A stretch of 64,000 nt of DNA from contig OZ244065.1 of NCBI GenBank assembly GCA_965215505.1, positions 1,952,001 through 2,016,000 of the forward strand, read 5' to 3'. The DNA comes from Capsulimonadaceae bacterium (GTDB taxonomy: Bacteria > Armatimonadota > Armatimonadia > Armatimonadales > Capsulimonadaceae). Numbering within the stretch: position 1 is the first letter of the stretch; each line of letters starts with the position of its first letter. This document shows positions 49,356 to 57,964 of the stretch, piece after piece. The position numbers and the translations under genes were made by a program. The notes under the pieces were generated by a model. That model did not search any database, had not been told where the DNA came from, and saw only the letters and a program-made list of their open reading frames with translations.

Positions 49356-51758
49356 ATGGCCGTCAAGACGCCGCCCAACAAGCCCGCCGCGCGGCAGCCG
49401 CGCGCCTCGCAGCCCTCGCGGGCGAAAGATAGCCGCCCGGCGCGGAACAACGAACGCTTCGCCCAGGACATCTGGGGGCTGACTCTGGTCGCCCTGGGAC
49501 TGATCCTGCTGGTCAGCCTGATCGTCGGCGCGCGGGCGGGGCTGCTCGGCGGGGCGCTGGTCCACGGCCTGCGGTCGCTGGTCGGGGTCGGGGCGTGGCT
49601 GTTCCCGTTCTTCCTGAGCGCCATCGGGCTGATGCTGATTCAGGGCCGGGCGCAGCACACGCGGACGAACTTCGCGGGCGGGGCGGCCCTGCTGTTCGTC
49701 ATCGGCATCGCCTGGTGGCACCTGGCCCATACGCCGGACGGCAAGCCGCTGTTTAACGACCTGGAAATGGGCGGCGGGCTGGTCGGGGCGGTCGTCTCGG
49801 CGGGCCTGCGGCGGCTGGTGGGCGACGTGTCCAGCCACATCCTTTTGTTCCTCTTCACCTTGGGTGCGGTCGTCTGGGCCACGGACATGCGCCTGCTGCA
49901 CCTGTTCGACCATGCGGTCGAGGGCGGGCGGCGCGTCGCCGCGCCGGTGACGCAGGGCGCGAAGGCCGGGGCTGCTGCGGCGAAGCAGGGCGCGGCGGCC
50001 TTCCGGGAGCGGTCGGACAGCCGCCGGGAGGAGAAATTAGCCGCCGCAGAGCGCGTCTTCACCCGCCCCACCCTGCCCGCCGAGGCTACCCCCGCTGAGA
50101 CGGCCAAGCTGACGACCAAGGCGAAGCCCGCCGCACTCCCCGCGCCGCTGAAGCCGTTCAAGCCGCTCGTCCCGGCCCTGGACGACGACATGCCGACGGT
50201 GCCGAAGGCGATGCCGCCGCTGGTGACGATGACGGTCCTGCCCGCCGAGAAGCCGAAGGCACCGGAAGGGCCGCTGGTCATCCCGCCATCGCTGGCCGAT
50301 GACGGCACCAAGCATGAGTACATCCTGCCGCCCCTGGAACTGCTGAACGAGGCACCGCCCAAGCCCATCCACCACGAGTCCGCCGCGCTGGAAAAACAGG
50401 CCATCCTGATGCAGACCTTGAACGACTTCAAGATCGGCGCGAACGTCGCCCAGGTCGCGATGGGGCCGACCGTCACGCGCTACGAGGTCCAACTAGAGCC
50501 GGGCATCCTGGTCAAGAAGATCGTCGCGCTGGCCGACAACCTCGCCATGTCGCTCGCCGCCATTGATGTCCGCGTCGAGGCTCCCATCCCCGGCAAAGCG
50601 GCCATCGGCATCGAGGTCCCGAATGATGTCTGCCAGATGGTGTCCCTGCGCGAGTGCCTGGCGACAAACGAGTTCATGTCCGCGCCGTCCAAACTGACCT
50701 TTGCTCTGGGCAAGGACGTGTCCGGGGAGTTCAAGTACGCCGACCTGACCCGGATGCCGCACCTGCTGGTCGGCGGCAGCACCAACAGTGGCAAGAGCGT
50801 CTGCCTGAACACCATCATCAGCTCCATCCTGTACCGCGCAACACCCCGCGAAGTCAAGTTCGTGATGATTGATCCCAAGCGGGTCGAGCTGTCGCTGTAC
50901 GACGGCATCCCGCACCTGCTGGCCCCGGTCATCAAGGACGTCAAGCAGGCGGCGGGCATTTTCCGTTCTGTCCTGAAGGAGATGGAGGAGCGCTACGACC
51001 GCTTCGCCCGCATCGGGACGCGCAACATTGACGGCTTCAACGGCCGCGTCCCGCCCGACGAGCGCCTGCCCTACATCGTGGTCGTCGTGGACGAATTGGC
51101 CGACCTGATGATGCAGCAGGGGCCGGAAGTGGAAACGTCTATCTGCCGCCTCGCCCAGCTCGCCCGCGCAACGGGAATCCATCTGGTCATCGCCACCCAA
51201 AGGCCCTCCGTGGACGTCATCACAGGAACAATCAAAGCCAACATCTCCAGCCGCATCGCCTTCGCCGTGGCGACCCAGGTGGACAGCCGGACCATCATTG
51301 ACATGCCCGGCGCGGACCGCCTGATCGGGCGTGGCGACATGCTGTTCATGCCGATTGACGCCGCCAAACCCGTCCGCGTCCAGGGCTGCTACGTCGGCGA
51401 GCGGGAGACAGAGGAACTGGTCAAGTACCTGCGCGAGCAGGAAGAGGCCGTCTACACCATGATCCCGAGTGAGACCAGCAGCGGCGGCTACGGCGCGGAC
51501 GGGGACGACGACGGCTCCTCAGACGAACTGTTCGAACCCTGCGTCCGCTGGCTCGTCTTGCAGGGCCAGTGCTCCACATCCAGCTTGCAGCGCAAGTTCA
51601 AGATCGGCTACACCCGCGCCGCCCGCCTGGTGGAAGTGATGGAGGCCAAAGGCATCGTCGGCTCCCAGGACGGCGTCAAGCCCCGCGAGATCATGTTGCA
51701 ACGCGAGAACGTGGAAGCGTTCTTTGCGGGGGTGGGGCAGGGCGATGTGGGGCAGTGA
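49356..51758 (+). CDS. ftsK: DNA translocase FtsK/SpoIIIE
   Basis: N-terminal TM domain, GPTVTRYE, APIPGK, PHLLV..GKS, IDPK, DELADLMM, ATQRPSVDV and gamma domain (LQRKFKIGYTRAARL). Confidence 0.97.
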   Translation: MAVKTPPNKPAARQPRASQPSRAKDSRPARNNERFAQDIWGLTLVALGLILLVSLIVGARAGLLGGALVHGLRSLVGVGAWLFPFFLSAIGLMLIQGRAQHTRTNFAGGAALLFVIGIAWWHLAHTPDGKPLFNDLEMGGGLVGAVVSAGLRRLVGDVSSHILLFLFTLGAVVWATDMRLLHLFDHAVEGGRRVAAPVTQGAKAGAAAAKQGAAAFRERSDSRREEKLAAAERVFTRPTLPAEATPAETAKLTTKAKPAALPAPLKPFKPLVPALDDDMPTVPKAMPPLVTMTVLPAEKPKAPEGPLVIPPSLADDGTKHEYILPPLELLNEAPPKPIHHESAALEKQAILMQTLNDFKIGANVAQVAMGPTVTRYEVQLEPGILVKKIVALADNLAMSLAAIDVRVEAPIPGKAAIGIEVPNDVCQMVSLRECLATNEFMSAPSKLTFALGKDVSGEFKYADLTRMPHLLVGGSTNSGKSVCLNTIISSILYRATPREVKFVMIDPKRVELSLYDGIPHLLAPVIKDVKQAAGIFRSVLKEMEERYDRFARIGTRNIDGFNGRVPPDERLPYIVVVVDELADLMMQQGPEVETSICRLAQLARATGIHLVIATQRPSVDVITGTIKANISSRIAFAVATQVDSRTIIDMPGADRLIGRGDMLFMPIDAAKPVRVQGCYVGERETEELVKYLREQEEAVYTMIPSETSSGGYGADGDDDGSSDELFEPCVRWLVLQGQCSTSSLQRKFKIGYTRAARLVEVMEAKGIVGSQDGVKPREIMLQRENVEAFFAGVGQGDVGQ

Positions 51759-51979
51759 AGACAACCGCCTACTTCGAGGAGCAGGTTCTCCGCAAGCGCC
51801 CCTACATCAAGCCGGAGTGGTGTGAGCAGGCTCTAAAGACACCGGAACGCCTTGAAGTTCAGGAGGATGGCCGTTACCGCTACTGGATATACATCGCCGA
51901 ACAAGACAAGCATCTTCGCGTGGTGACATTGGCAGATGGTGAAACCATCCATAATGCCTTTTTCGACCGCGATTTCTGA
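51755..51979 (+). CDS. Small putative toxin (RelE/BrnT-like, DUF4258-type) of a DUF2283 TA pair
   Basis: GTG overlapping the ftsK stop; 74 aa with DGRYRYW...LRVV...TIHNAFFDR; directly upstream of a DUF2283 gene. Confidence 0.65.
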   Translation: MKTTAYFEEQVLRKRPYIKPEWCEQALKTPERLEVQEDGRYRYWIYIAEQDKHLRVVTLADGETIHNAFFDRDF

Positions 51980-51992
51980 GGGAACAATCAAG

Positions 51993-52214
51993 ATGAAGCT
52001 TCACTATTATGCCGACACCGACTCACTTTATATTGATCTCAGTGAGAAAACAAGTGTAGAGTCGCGGGAAGTTTCTCCAGGCGTCGTTCTGGACTTCGAC
52101 GACGCGGGCCATCTCTGCGGCATTGATGTTGACCATGCCAGCCAGAACCTTGATCTGTCTCGTCTCGAAGCTGTCTCTCTGCCCGTCGAGATGACCCGAA
52201 TGGTTCATGCCTGA
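51993..52214 (+). CDS. DUF2283 family putative antitoxin
   Basis: MKLHYYADTDSLYIDL...S.EV..GVVLDFD..G.L.GIDV..AS. Confidence 0.85.
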   Translation: MKLHYYADTDSLYIDLSEKTSVESREVSPGVVLDFDDAGHLCGIDVDHASQNLDLSRLEAVSLPVEMTRMVHA

Positions 52215-52246
52215 CCACGGAGCACCGTTAGCAAGCAGAGTGGCAT

Positions 52247-52327
52247 AAGCCCCGCGAGACCATGTTGCAGCGCAAGAATGCGGAAGCGTTCTTCGCGGGG
52301 GTGGGGCAAGGAGATTTAGGACAGTAA
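52247..52327 (+). repeat. Diverged direct repeat of the last 81 bp of ftsK (51678-51758)
   Basis: 69 of 81 positions identical by manual alignment; encodes KPRETMLQRKNAEAFFAGVGQGDLGQ* versus KPREIMLQRENVEAFFAGVGQGDVGQ*. Confidence 0.9.
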
Positions 52328-52410
52328 ATAGGGTATATTATGCCAGCGCCGAGCGGCAAGGGAAGAGAGTCAAAGAAACATAGGGCGGTAAAACCCAGAA
52401 AGAAGGATGT

Positions 52411-52602
52411 ATGAAAAAAGGCAGAAGAGGAATTGACCATCCGCTAGCGAAACTGGATGACGATAAAGTAAGAATGATTAGGAGAGATCATGTTCGCAGT
52501 GGAGGCGGAAAAACTTCCGCTCAGTTTGCTGAAGATTACGACGTGACACAGGGTACGATAGATTCGGCATTTAGCGGTCGGACTTGGAAACATGTGATCT
52601 AG
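52411..52602 (+). CDS. Small HTH protein resembling the C-terminal DNA-binding tail of phage HNH endonucleases
   Basis: G.DHP.AKL....V..IR...A..Y.V.Q.TI....G.TWKHV pattern; AAGGA RBS. Confidence 0.6.
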   Translation: MKKGRRGIDHPLAKLDDDKVRMIRRDHVRSGGGKTSAQFAEDYDVTQGTIDSAFSGRTWKHVI

Positions 52603-52795
52603 GGATCTAAGCCTTGGAGTGCAAACCCCGCCCTTGCAGGCGAAGAACCGTTCGGCACGTTCTTCTTCGATTTGCAAAGGTGGGGTTTTCTCTTGTTTAG
52701 CCCAGCCGTTTAGGGTGAGGTACTGAAGTGAAAAGTTTCTGCTCGTCCTACAGCCACTCTCCACTCACTTCATTGGGGCTTGTATCTTATTGCCA

Positions 52796-53182
52796 TCACC
52801 TTTCGGTGATGGCAATGTCATCAAGATGGAAAGAATTCTTGTCAACGTTATCCCTATGCATCTTGATTGTCCAATTCGACCGAATCAAAGCGCCAAAATT
52901 GTTCTGCGAGTCAACGAAGCTAGTGACTGAGTAGTTGTTTGCTGAAGTGATTGTTACGAAAGAGGCGTCAAAATCCGGGTATTTAGCACTTCCTGGTGAC
53001 TTTAAATGGTCATTCACCATTTCTTGTGCTGCTCCGAACACATCATCTTTCTCCTTCTTTTCATTAGCAGCGGCAGCATCTGCTGTCTCCTTTGCCTGCT
53101 CTTCGGGAGAATTGTCCGAACATCCGGTTACAGCAATGGAGAAAGCCGTTAGCAAAAACAGTCGGCGTGTGATAGATAACAT
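52796..53182 (-). CDS. Hypothetical lipoprotein
   Basis: Lipobox AVTGC; LKSPGSAKYP and VDSQNNFGA motifs; AT-rich. Confidence 0.75.
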   Translation of the reverse strand: MLSITRRLFLLTAFSIAVTGCSDNSPEEQAKETADAAAANEKKEKDDVFGAAQEMVNDHLKSPGSAKYPDFDASFVTITSANNYSVTSFVDSQNNFGALIRSNWTIKMHRDNVDKNSFHLDDIAITER

Positions 53183-53302
53183 ATAAAGCTCCCAGGTGAA
53201 TTTTCTGTATATTCGCCTATCTCTATGCAGAATCCTTCCACAACTGACGCACAGTGGGAGCTCACTCGCAAAGCATCGAAAGATTTGAACAGGAGCAATA
53301 AC

Positions 53303-53611
53303 ATGACCGTGACGCTCAACCTGAAACCCGAAGTGGAAGCACAGATCGCGCAAAAGGCCGCCGCCGAGGGAACGGAAGTCTCCGACTACTTGGAGAAGAT
53401 GATAGAGCATACCATCAAGCCGGGGCCTCGAGTCGTCTACTCACAGGAACAGCTTGCTAAGAACCAGGCGGCTTTGGCAATGCTGGAGGAGTGGGACAAG
53501 GAAGATAAGACGGACGATCCCGAAGAGATCGCCCGCCGCCAGGCGGACTGGGAGGAGTTCAAGAAGGGCATGAACGAGAACCACACATCCGATAGGATTA
53601 TCTATCCATGA
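53303..53611 (+). CDS. Putative antitoxin (RHH-like N-terminus)
   Basis: AGGAG RBS; MTVTLNLKPEVEAQIAQKAAAEG; ATGA overlap with the PIN gene. Confidence 0.75.
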   Translation: MTVTLNLKPEVEAQIAQKAAAEGTEVSDYLEKMIEHTIKPGPRVVYSQEQLAKNQAALAMLEEWDKEDKTDDPEEIARRQADWEEFKKGMNENHTSDRIIYP

Positions 53612-54054
53612 GCGCCGTCGTCATTCTGGATAGCGGCCCAGTGGGGCTGCTGGCACAGCGCAGAGGTGTCGCGCCTGCGTAGGCTTGCCGTCAGTGGCAG
53701 AAGGATTTGCTTGCTGCCGGCGTCCGCGTCATTCTGCCCGAAATTACCGACTATGAGGTGCGCCGGGAGCTTCTGCGGATCAATAGCTTATCCGGCATCA
53801 TGCGCTTGGATCGTCTAGCGGCAGCCGTTGAGTATTTGCCGCTCACCACGGCAGCGATGCGGAAGGCGGCGGAGTTGTGGGCGCTGGTTCGGCAGCAGGG
53901 TAAGCCGACAGCAGACCCGAAAGAGCTTGACGGGGACGTGATTCTAGCGGCTCAGGCCATACTGCTCGGCGCACCGGATTTGGTTGTGGCAACAACAAAC
54001 GTCGGGCATCTATCGCGGTATGTCAACGCGAAGAACTGGCAGGATGTGACATGA
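53608..54054 (+). pseudogene. PIN-domain (VapC-like) toxin interrupted by an in-frame TAG at codon 25
   Basis: MSAVVILDSGPVGLL...APA*ACRQWQ...PEITDYEVRRELLR...LDGDVILAAQA...ATTNVGHL; TAG at 53680-53682. Confidence 0.85.
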
Positions 54055-54353
54055 ATGAAGGTGACAGCGGCGAGGCGACAACCCCGCCTTCTGACGACAG
54101 GGTGCCCGAAGGTTTAGAGACTTACCTACTGAGCGAGTCGGCTCTTGCCAAAGACTGGCTTTCTCCTGAAGAAGACGAGGCGTGGGAACATTTGCAGGAG
54201 CAGGAAGCCGGGACGGGAGAAGGCTCGGCTTACGATCTGTTCAAGGGACTCATCGGGCGCTTTCGGAGCGGCGGTGACGGTGACTGGTCCCAGGATACCG
54301 GCCGTAAGTCCGCCGAGGGAATGGCGGAGAAGCGGCGGCAGGGCCACCTCTAA
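54051..54353 (+). CDS. Small acidic antitoxin-like protein (DUF2281-like SE..LAKDW...EED.AW motif)
   Basis: LLSESALAKDWLSPEEDEAWEHL; ATGA overlap with the PIN gene. Confidence 0.55.
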   Translation: MNEGDSGEATTPPSDDRVPEGLETYLLSESALAKDWLSPEEDEAWEHLQEQEAGTGEGSAYDLFKGLIGRFRSGGDGDWSQDTGRKSAEGMAEKRRQGHL

Positions 54354-54367
54354 AGAGCGGCGAGAAC

Positions 54368-54398
54368 GGGAGGCGAATACCAATCGCCTCCCATTTTT
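54368..54398 (+). terminator. Intrinsic terminator closing the TA patch
   Basis: GGGAGGCGA-loop-TCGCCTCCC-ATTTTT. Confidence 0.75.
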
Positions 54399-54497
54399 GA
54401 TTCTGAACGTACACGGCAAGCCTAATGCCCCTCGCCGCGCCTGCCGATAATGACACGGAAGAGTAGTGAGTGCGGGCAGAGCGCAGGAGGTAACGCC

Positions 54498-55709
54498 GTG
54501 GCGACATTCGTGTATGAGGCCGTTGATCCGTCGGGCCGGATCGTGAAAAACAAGGTGGAAGGGGACAACGAGCAGGCGGTACTCGCCAGGCTCCACGACC
54601 AGCAGTTCCACATCGTCTCGCTGTCCGAGTCTAAGGGCGGCGTGAAGATGCGGATGGCAGCCGGCAAAGGGCAAAAGATCAAGCTGCAAACGCTGGTCGT
54701 CTTCTCGCGGCAGTTCGCGACGATGATTGACGCGGGCATCCCCATCATCAAGTGCCTGGACATTTTGGAGAGCCAGACCAAAGAAGACGCCATGAAGGCG
54801 GTCATCAACGCCACCCGCAAGGACGTCAAAGGCGGGCTGTCGCTGACCGACGCCATCGCGAAGCACCCGAACGCTTTTTCCAAGCTGTACGTCAACATGA
54901 TCCGGGCGGCGGAGATCGGCGGAATCCTGGACGTGATTTTGGACCGGCTTGCAGGATTCTTGGAGAAGGAAATGGAAATACGCGGCAAGATCAAGTCGGC
55001 GATGATGTACCCCATCATCGTCCTGAACTTCGCCGGCGTCATGGTCCTGGCCTTGTTCATGTTCGTGCTGCCGCGTTTCAAGGAGATATTCCTCTCAATG
55101 AACGTGGAGATGCCGGTCGTGACGCTGGCGCTGTTCTCAATCGGCGACTGGCTGCAAAAGTTTTGGTGGGTCGTCCTGATCCTGGGCGTCGCGGGCTACA
55201 TCGGGTTCAAGCAGTACGACAAGACGACCAAGGGCCACTACAACATTGACAAACTGAAGCTGCGTATCCCGATCTTCGGCGACCTGTCGCTGAAGATGAG
55301 CGTCGCGCGCTTCTGCCGCACCTTCGGCACCCTGATCGCCTCGGGCGTTCCGATGATGCGTTCGCTGGAGATCATCGGCGAGACATCCGGCAACGCGGTC
55401 CTGGCCGAGTCCATCGTCAACGCGCGGGCCTCGATCCGGGAGGGCGCGAAGATCAGCTCGCCGCTGGCGGCCTCGGGCCTGTTCCCTTCCATGGTCACGC
55501 ACATGATCGACGTGGGCGAGGAGACGGGGCGGCTGTCCGAGATGCTGTGCAAGGTCGCCGACTTCTATGACGACGAGGTGGACTCGCTGGTGAAGGGGCT
55601 GACGTCGCTCATTGAGCCGATGCTGATCGTGTTCATGGGCGTCCTGGTCGGCTTCATCGCGGTCTCGGTCATGTCGCCGATCTTCAAACTGGTCAGCTCG
55701 ATTCACTAA
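54498..55709 (+). CDS. pilC: Type IV pilus/T2SS inner-membrane platform protein (PilC/GspF)
   Basis: FSRQFATMIDAG, AEIGG.L, SAMMYP, GEETG.L..ML and SLIEP motifs; AGGAGG RBS before the GTG at 54498. Confidence 0.93.
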   Translation: MATFVYEAVDPSGRIVKNKVEGDNEQAVLARLHDQQFHIVSLSESKGGVKMRMAAGKGQKIKLQTLVVFSRQFATMIDAGIPIIKCLDILESQTKEDAMKAVINATRKDVKGGLSLTDAIAKHPNAFSKLYVNMIRAAEIGGILDVILDRLAGFLEKEMEIRGKIKSAMMYPIIVLNFAGVMVLALFMFVLPRFKEIFLSMNVEMPVVTLALFSIGDWLQKFWWVVLILGVAGYIGFKQYDKTTKGHYNIDKLKLRIPIFGDLSLKMSVARFCRTFGTLIASGVPMMRSLEIIGETSGNAVLAESIVNARASIREGAKISSPLAASGLFPSMVTHMIDVGEETGRLSEMLCKVADFYDDEVDSLVKGLTSLIEPMLIVFMGVLVGFIAVSVMSPIFKLVSSIH

Positions 55710-55770
55710 GAGACCCCGCCCCGTCCGCCCACGCAATGGGGCGGCGGACGGGGCGCGGGGTTCTTCAGGC

Positions 55771-57111
55771 ATGGCAGACACAACGAGTTCCGGCACAACA
55801 AGTTCCGGAGAGAAGTCGGGCTGGGACGGGCGCGACCGGCGCGGGCCGAGCCGGCAGGACGACGAGACGCGGGCGCGCAAACTGCTCACCGAGTACAAGG
55901 CCGGCGGGGCGGGCGCGCAGGCCGCCCGCCAGGCGCTCGTCCTCCAATTCCGGCCCCTGGTCCAGAAGCAGGCGCGGCAGTTCCTTTCACCCTCCATTCC
56001 ACTGGAGGACTTGATCCAGGAAGGCTTTTTGGGCTTGATCCACGGCATCGACCAGTACGACCCGACGCGCGGGGTCAAGCTGATCACCTATGCCACCCAC
56101 CACATTGACGGGCACTTGCGCCACTTCCTGCGCGACCGGACCCAGATCATTAAGGAGCCGGCGTGGCTCCAGGAGATGGCCCAGAAGGTGCGGCGCGAGG
56201 CCGAGACGCTGACGCAGGAGATGGGGCGCGAGCCGACCGACGGGGAACTGGCGACGGCTTTGGGGCTGGCCGAGGCGGAGATCGCCCGCATCCGGGCGAC
56301 GCGGGTCATCTTCAACCCGGAGTCACTCGACCAGATGCAGGAGAGCGGGGCGGCTCGCATCCAGGTCGCCGAGAGCAACATGCAGGCCGCCCGGACCGAG
56401 CTGCCCATCGAGGACAAGGTCGTCCTGACGGAAGCCCTGAAGCGGCTGAAGGAGATCGAGCAGAAGGTGCTGTACTCGTTCTACTACGAGGACCGCAGCC
56501 AGACGGACATCGCCAAGTCCCTCGGCGTCTCCAACAACTACGTCTCCCACATCCTCAAAAACTCCGCCCGCAAGTTGCAGCAGATGTTCCGCAGCGACGC
56601 CGTCCGCGAGGCCGCCTTGCAGCACGAGCGCAAGCGCCGCCGTCTAGCCGCGCACGGCCCGGCCGCCCTTGCCGAGGAGGCGGCGGACGACACGCCGCCG
56701 ACCGTCGTTGACCCAGTGACCGGGCTGTACACCCGCCCGTACTTCGAGAGCCGCCTGGACGAAGAGCTGTCCCGCGCCATCCGGCACCAACTGGAGCTGA
56801 CCGTGATCCGCGTCCGGGTCGAGGGCGAGCTGCCCGAGGCAGTCCTGTTCGCCCAGATCGCCCAGACCGTCAAGGACTGCATGCGCCGCTCGGACCTCGT
56901 GGCCCGCTACGAGGAGCGCGAGCTGATCGCGCTGCTGCCGCACACCGGGGCGACGCGCGAGACGGTCGTCGGCCGCCTGCACACCCGGCTGGGCGCGCTG
57001 ACGGCCGGTTTCCCCCACCCCTGTCTTGTCAGCCTGGGTCGGGCCTCCTACCCCGCCCAGCGCCAGCGCGCCGCCCTGCTGACGGCGGCGGCCCCGGAGG
57101 AGCGGGTGTAG
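55771..57111 (+). CDS. SigB/SigF-family sigma factor fused to a degenerate GGDEF domain
   Basis: Region 2 EDLIQEGFLGL..YDPTRG...TYA; region 3 GREPT.GELA; region 4 SQTDIAKSLGVS; then DPVTGLY...RRSDLVARYEEREL. Confidence 0.88.
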   Translation: MADTTSSGTTSSGEKSGWDGRDRRGPSRQDDETRARKLLTEYKAGGAGAQAARQALVLQFRPLVQKQARQFLSPSIPLEDLIQEGFLGLIHGIDQYDPTRGVKLITYATHHIDGHLRHFLRDRTQIIKEPAWLQEMAQKVRREAETLTQEMGREPTDGELATALGLAEAEIARIRATRVIFNPESLDQMQESGAARIQVAESNMQAARTELPIEDKVVLTEALKRLKEIEQKVLYSFYYEDRSQTDIAKSLGVSNNYVSHILKNSARKLQQMFRSDAVREAALQHERKRRRLAAHGPAALAEEAADDTPPTVVDPVTGLYTRPYFESRLDEELSRAIRHQLELTVIRVRVEGELPEAVLFAQIAQTVKDCMRRSDLVARYEERELIALLPHTGATRETVVGRLHTRLGALTAGFPHPCLVSLGRASYPAQRQRAALLTAAAPEERV

Positions 57112-57137
57112 CCGCGCCCCCAATTTCAAGACACAGA

Positions 57138-57173
57138 AGCGCCTGCCGCACCAGATGGTGCGGCGGGCGCTTT
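57138..57173 (+). terminator. Hairpin terminator after the sigma gene
   Basis: AGCGCCTGCCGCACCA-GA-TGGTGCGGCGGGCGCTTT. Confidence 0.6.
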
Positions 57174-57221
57174 CGGCTGGCCGGTCCGTCAAAGCCTTCG
57201 TCCACGGCTTGGCCCTCTGCC

Positions 57222-57929
57222 TTATCCCTGATTGGATCGTGACCGCCCGCCGGGAAGCCTCAGCGCAAAGTCGGCCCGGCGAGGACAATACCACTGACGC
57301 CGCCGATGTGCGCTTGCGAGGTAGGCCGCGCCGCAGCCCAGCGTCAGCCAGGAAGCAGGCCAAAGCATGACCGAGAACAGGTCGGGGATGTTCAGCCGGG
57401 TCATGGACACTGCACAGGCAGCCATCAGGGGGAGAAGGGGCCAAGCAGCAGCGGCGTAGAACAGGCCCGTGAGCGCCCGGTCTGGGAACCTCCTGCCGAC
57501 GGCGGCCCCCACGAGGGTCGGCACGACGACGAGGTATTCCAGCATGAACGTGGTCCCGGAGTTGTCGTATAGTCGGAAGGCCGCCATCACCAGGATGGTG
57601 CAGAAGATCAGGGCGGAGGCGATGACGATGTGTATCCCCAACCCGTACAGCACGGCGGCCATGTCCGGGCTGATCCGGCTCTGGCCACGCCGCCACTCCC
57701 AGGCCAGCCGCCGCCCGATGCGGGTGGGGTCGCCGAACTGCACCAGGGCGAGTTCCCACGCCTCCTGCGGCGAACTGCCTAGCTCCTCGTTCGCCGCCAC
57801 AAGGCTTTCTAGGTGTTGCCGGACCTCCTGATGCAGTTGCACGCGCTCCTCGACAGGGAGACGCTTCAGGGGCGCATTGAAGCGCTGGAACCACTGTTCC
57901 ATCCGGGGATCATCAAGCGGGCCGAGCAT
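57222..57929 (-). CDS. HAAS (permease-prefix/DUF1700-like) domain membrane protein, copy 2
   Basis: EER...EVRQHLE...G....A...AL.QFGDP..IG followed by about four TMs. Confidence 0.78.
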   Translation of the reverse strand: MLGPLDDPRMEQWFQRFNAPLKRLPVEERVQLHQEVRQHLESLVAANEELGSSPQEAWELALVQFGDPTRIGRRLAWEWRRGQSRISPDMAAVLYGLGIHIVIASALIFCTILVMAAFRLYDNSGTTFMLEYLVVVPTLVGAAVGRRFPDRALTGLFYAAAAWPLLPLMAACAVSMTRLNIPDLFSVMLWPASWLTLGCGAAYLASAHRRRQWYCPRRADFALRLPGGRSRSNQG

Positions 57930-57964
57930 GGTGAACGTGTCCTCTCTTGGGCGCTCCCGCCTAA

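Noticed and set aside
50772-50798. FtsK Walker A variant GSTNSGKS
   Set aside because: Still fits GxxxxGKS and all other motor motifs are intact, so there is no sign of inactivation.
51755-54400. Calling the post-ftsK patch a prophage or integron
   Set aside because: No integrase, structural genes or recognisable attC sites are visible; only cargo-type genes and one direct repeat.
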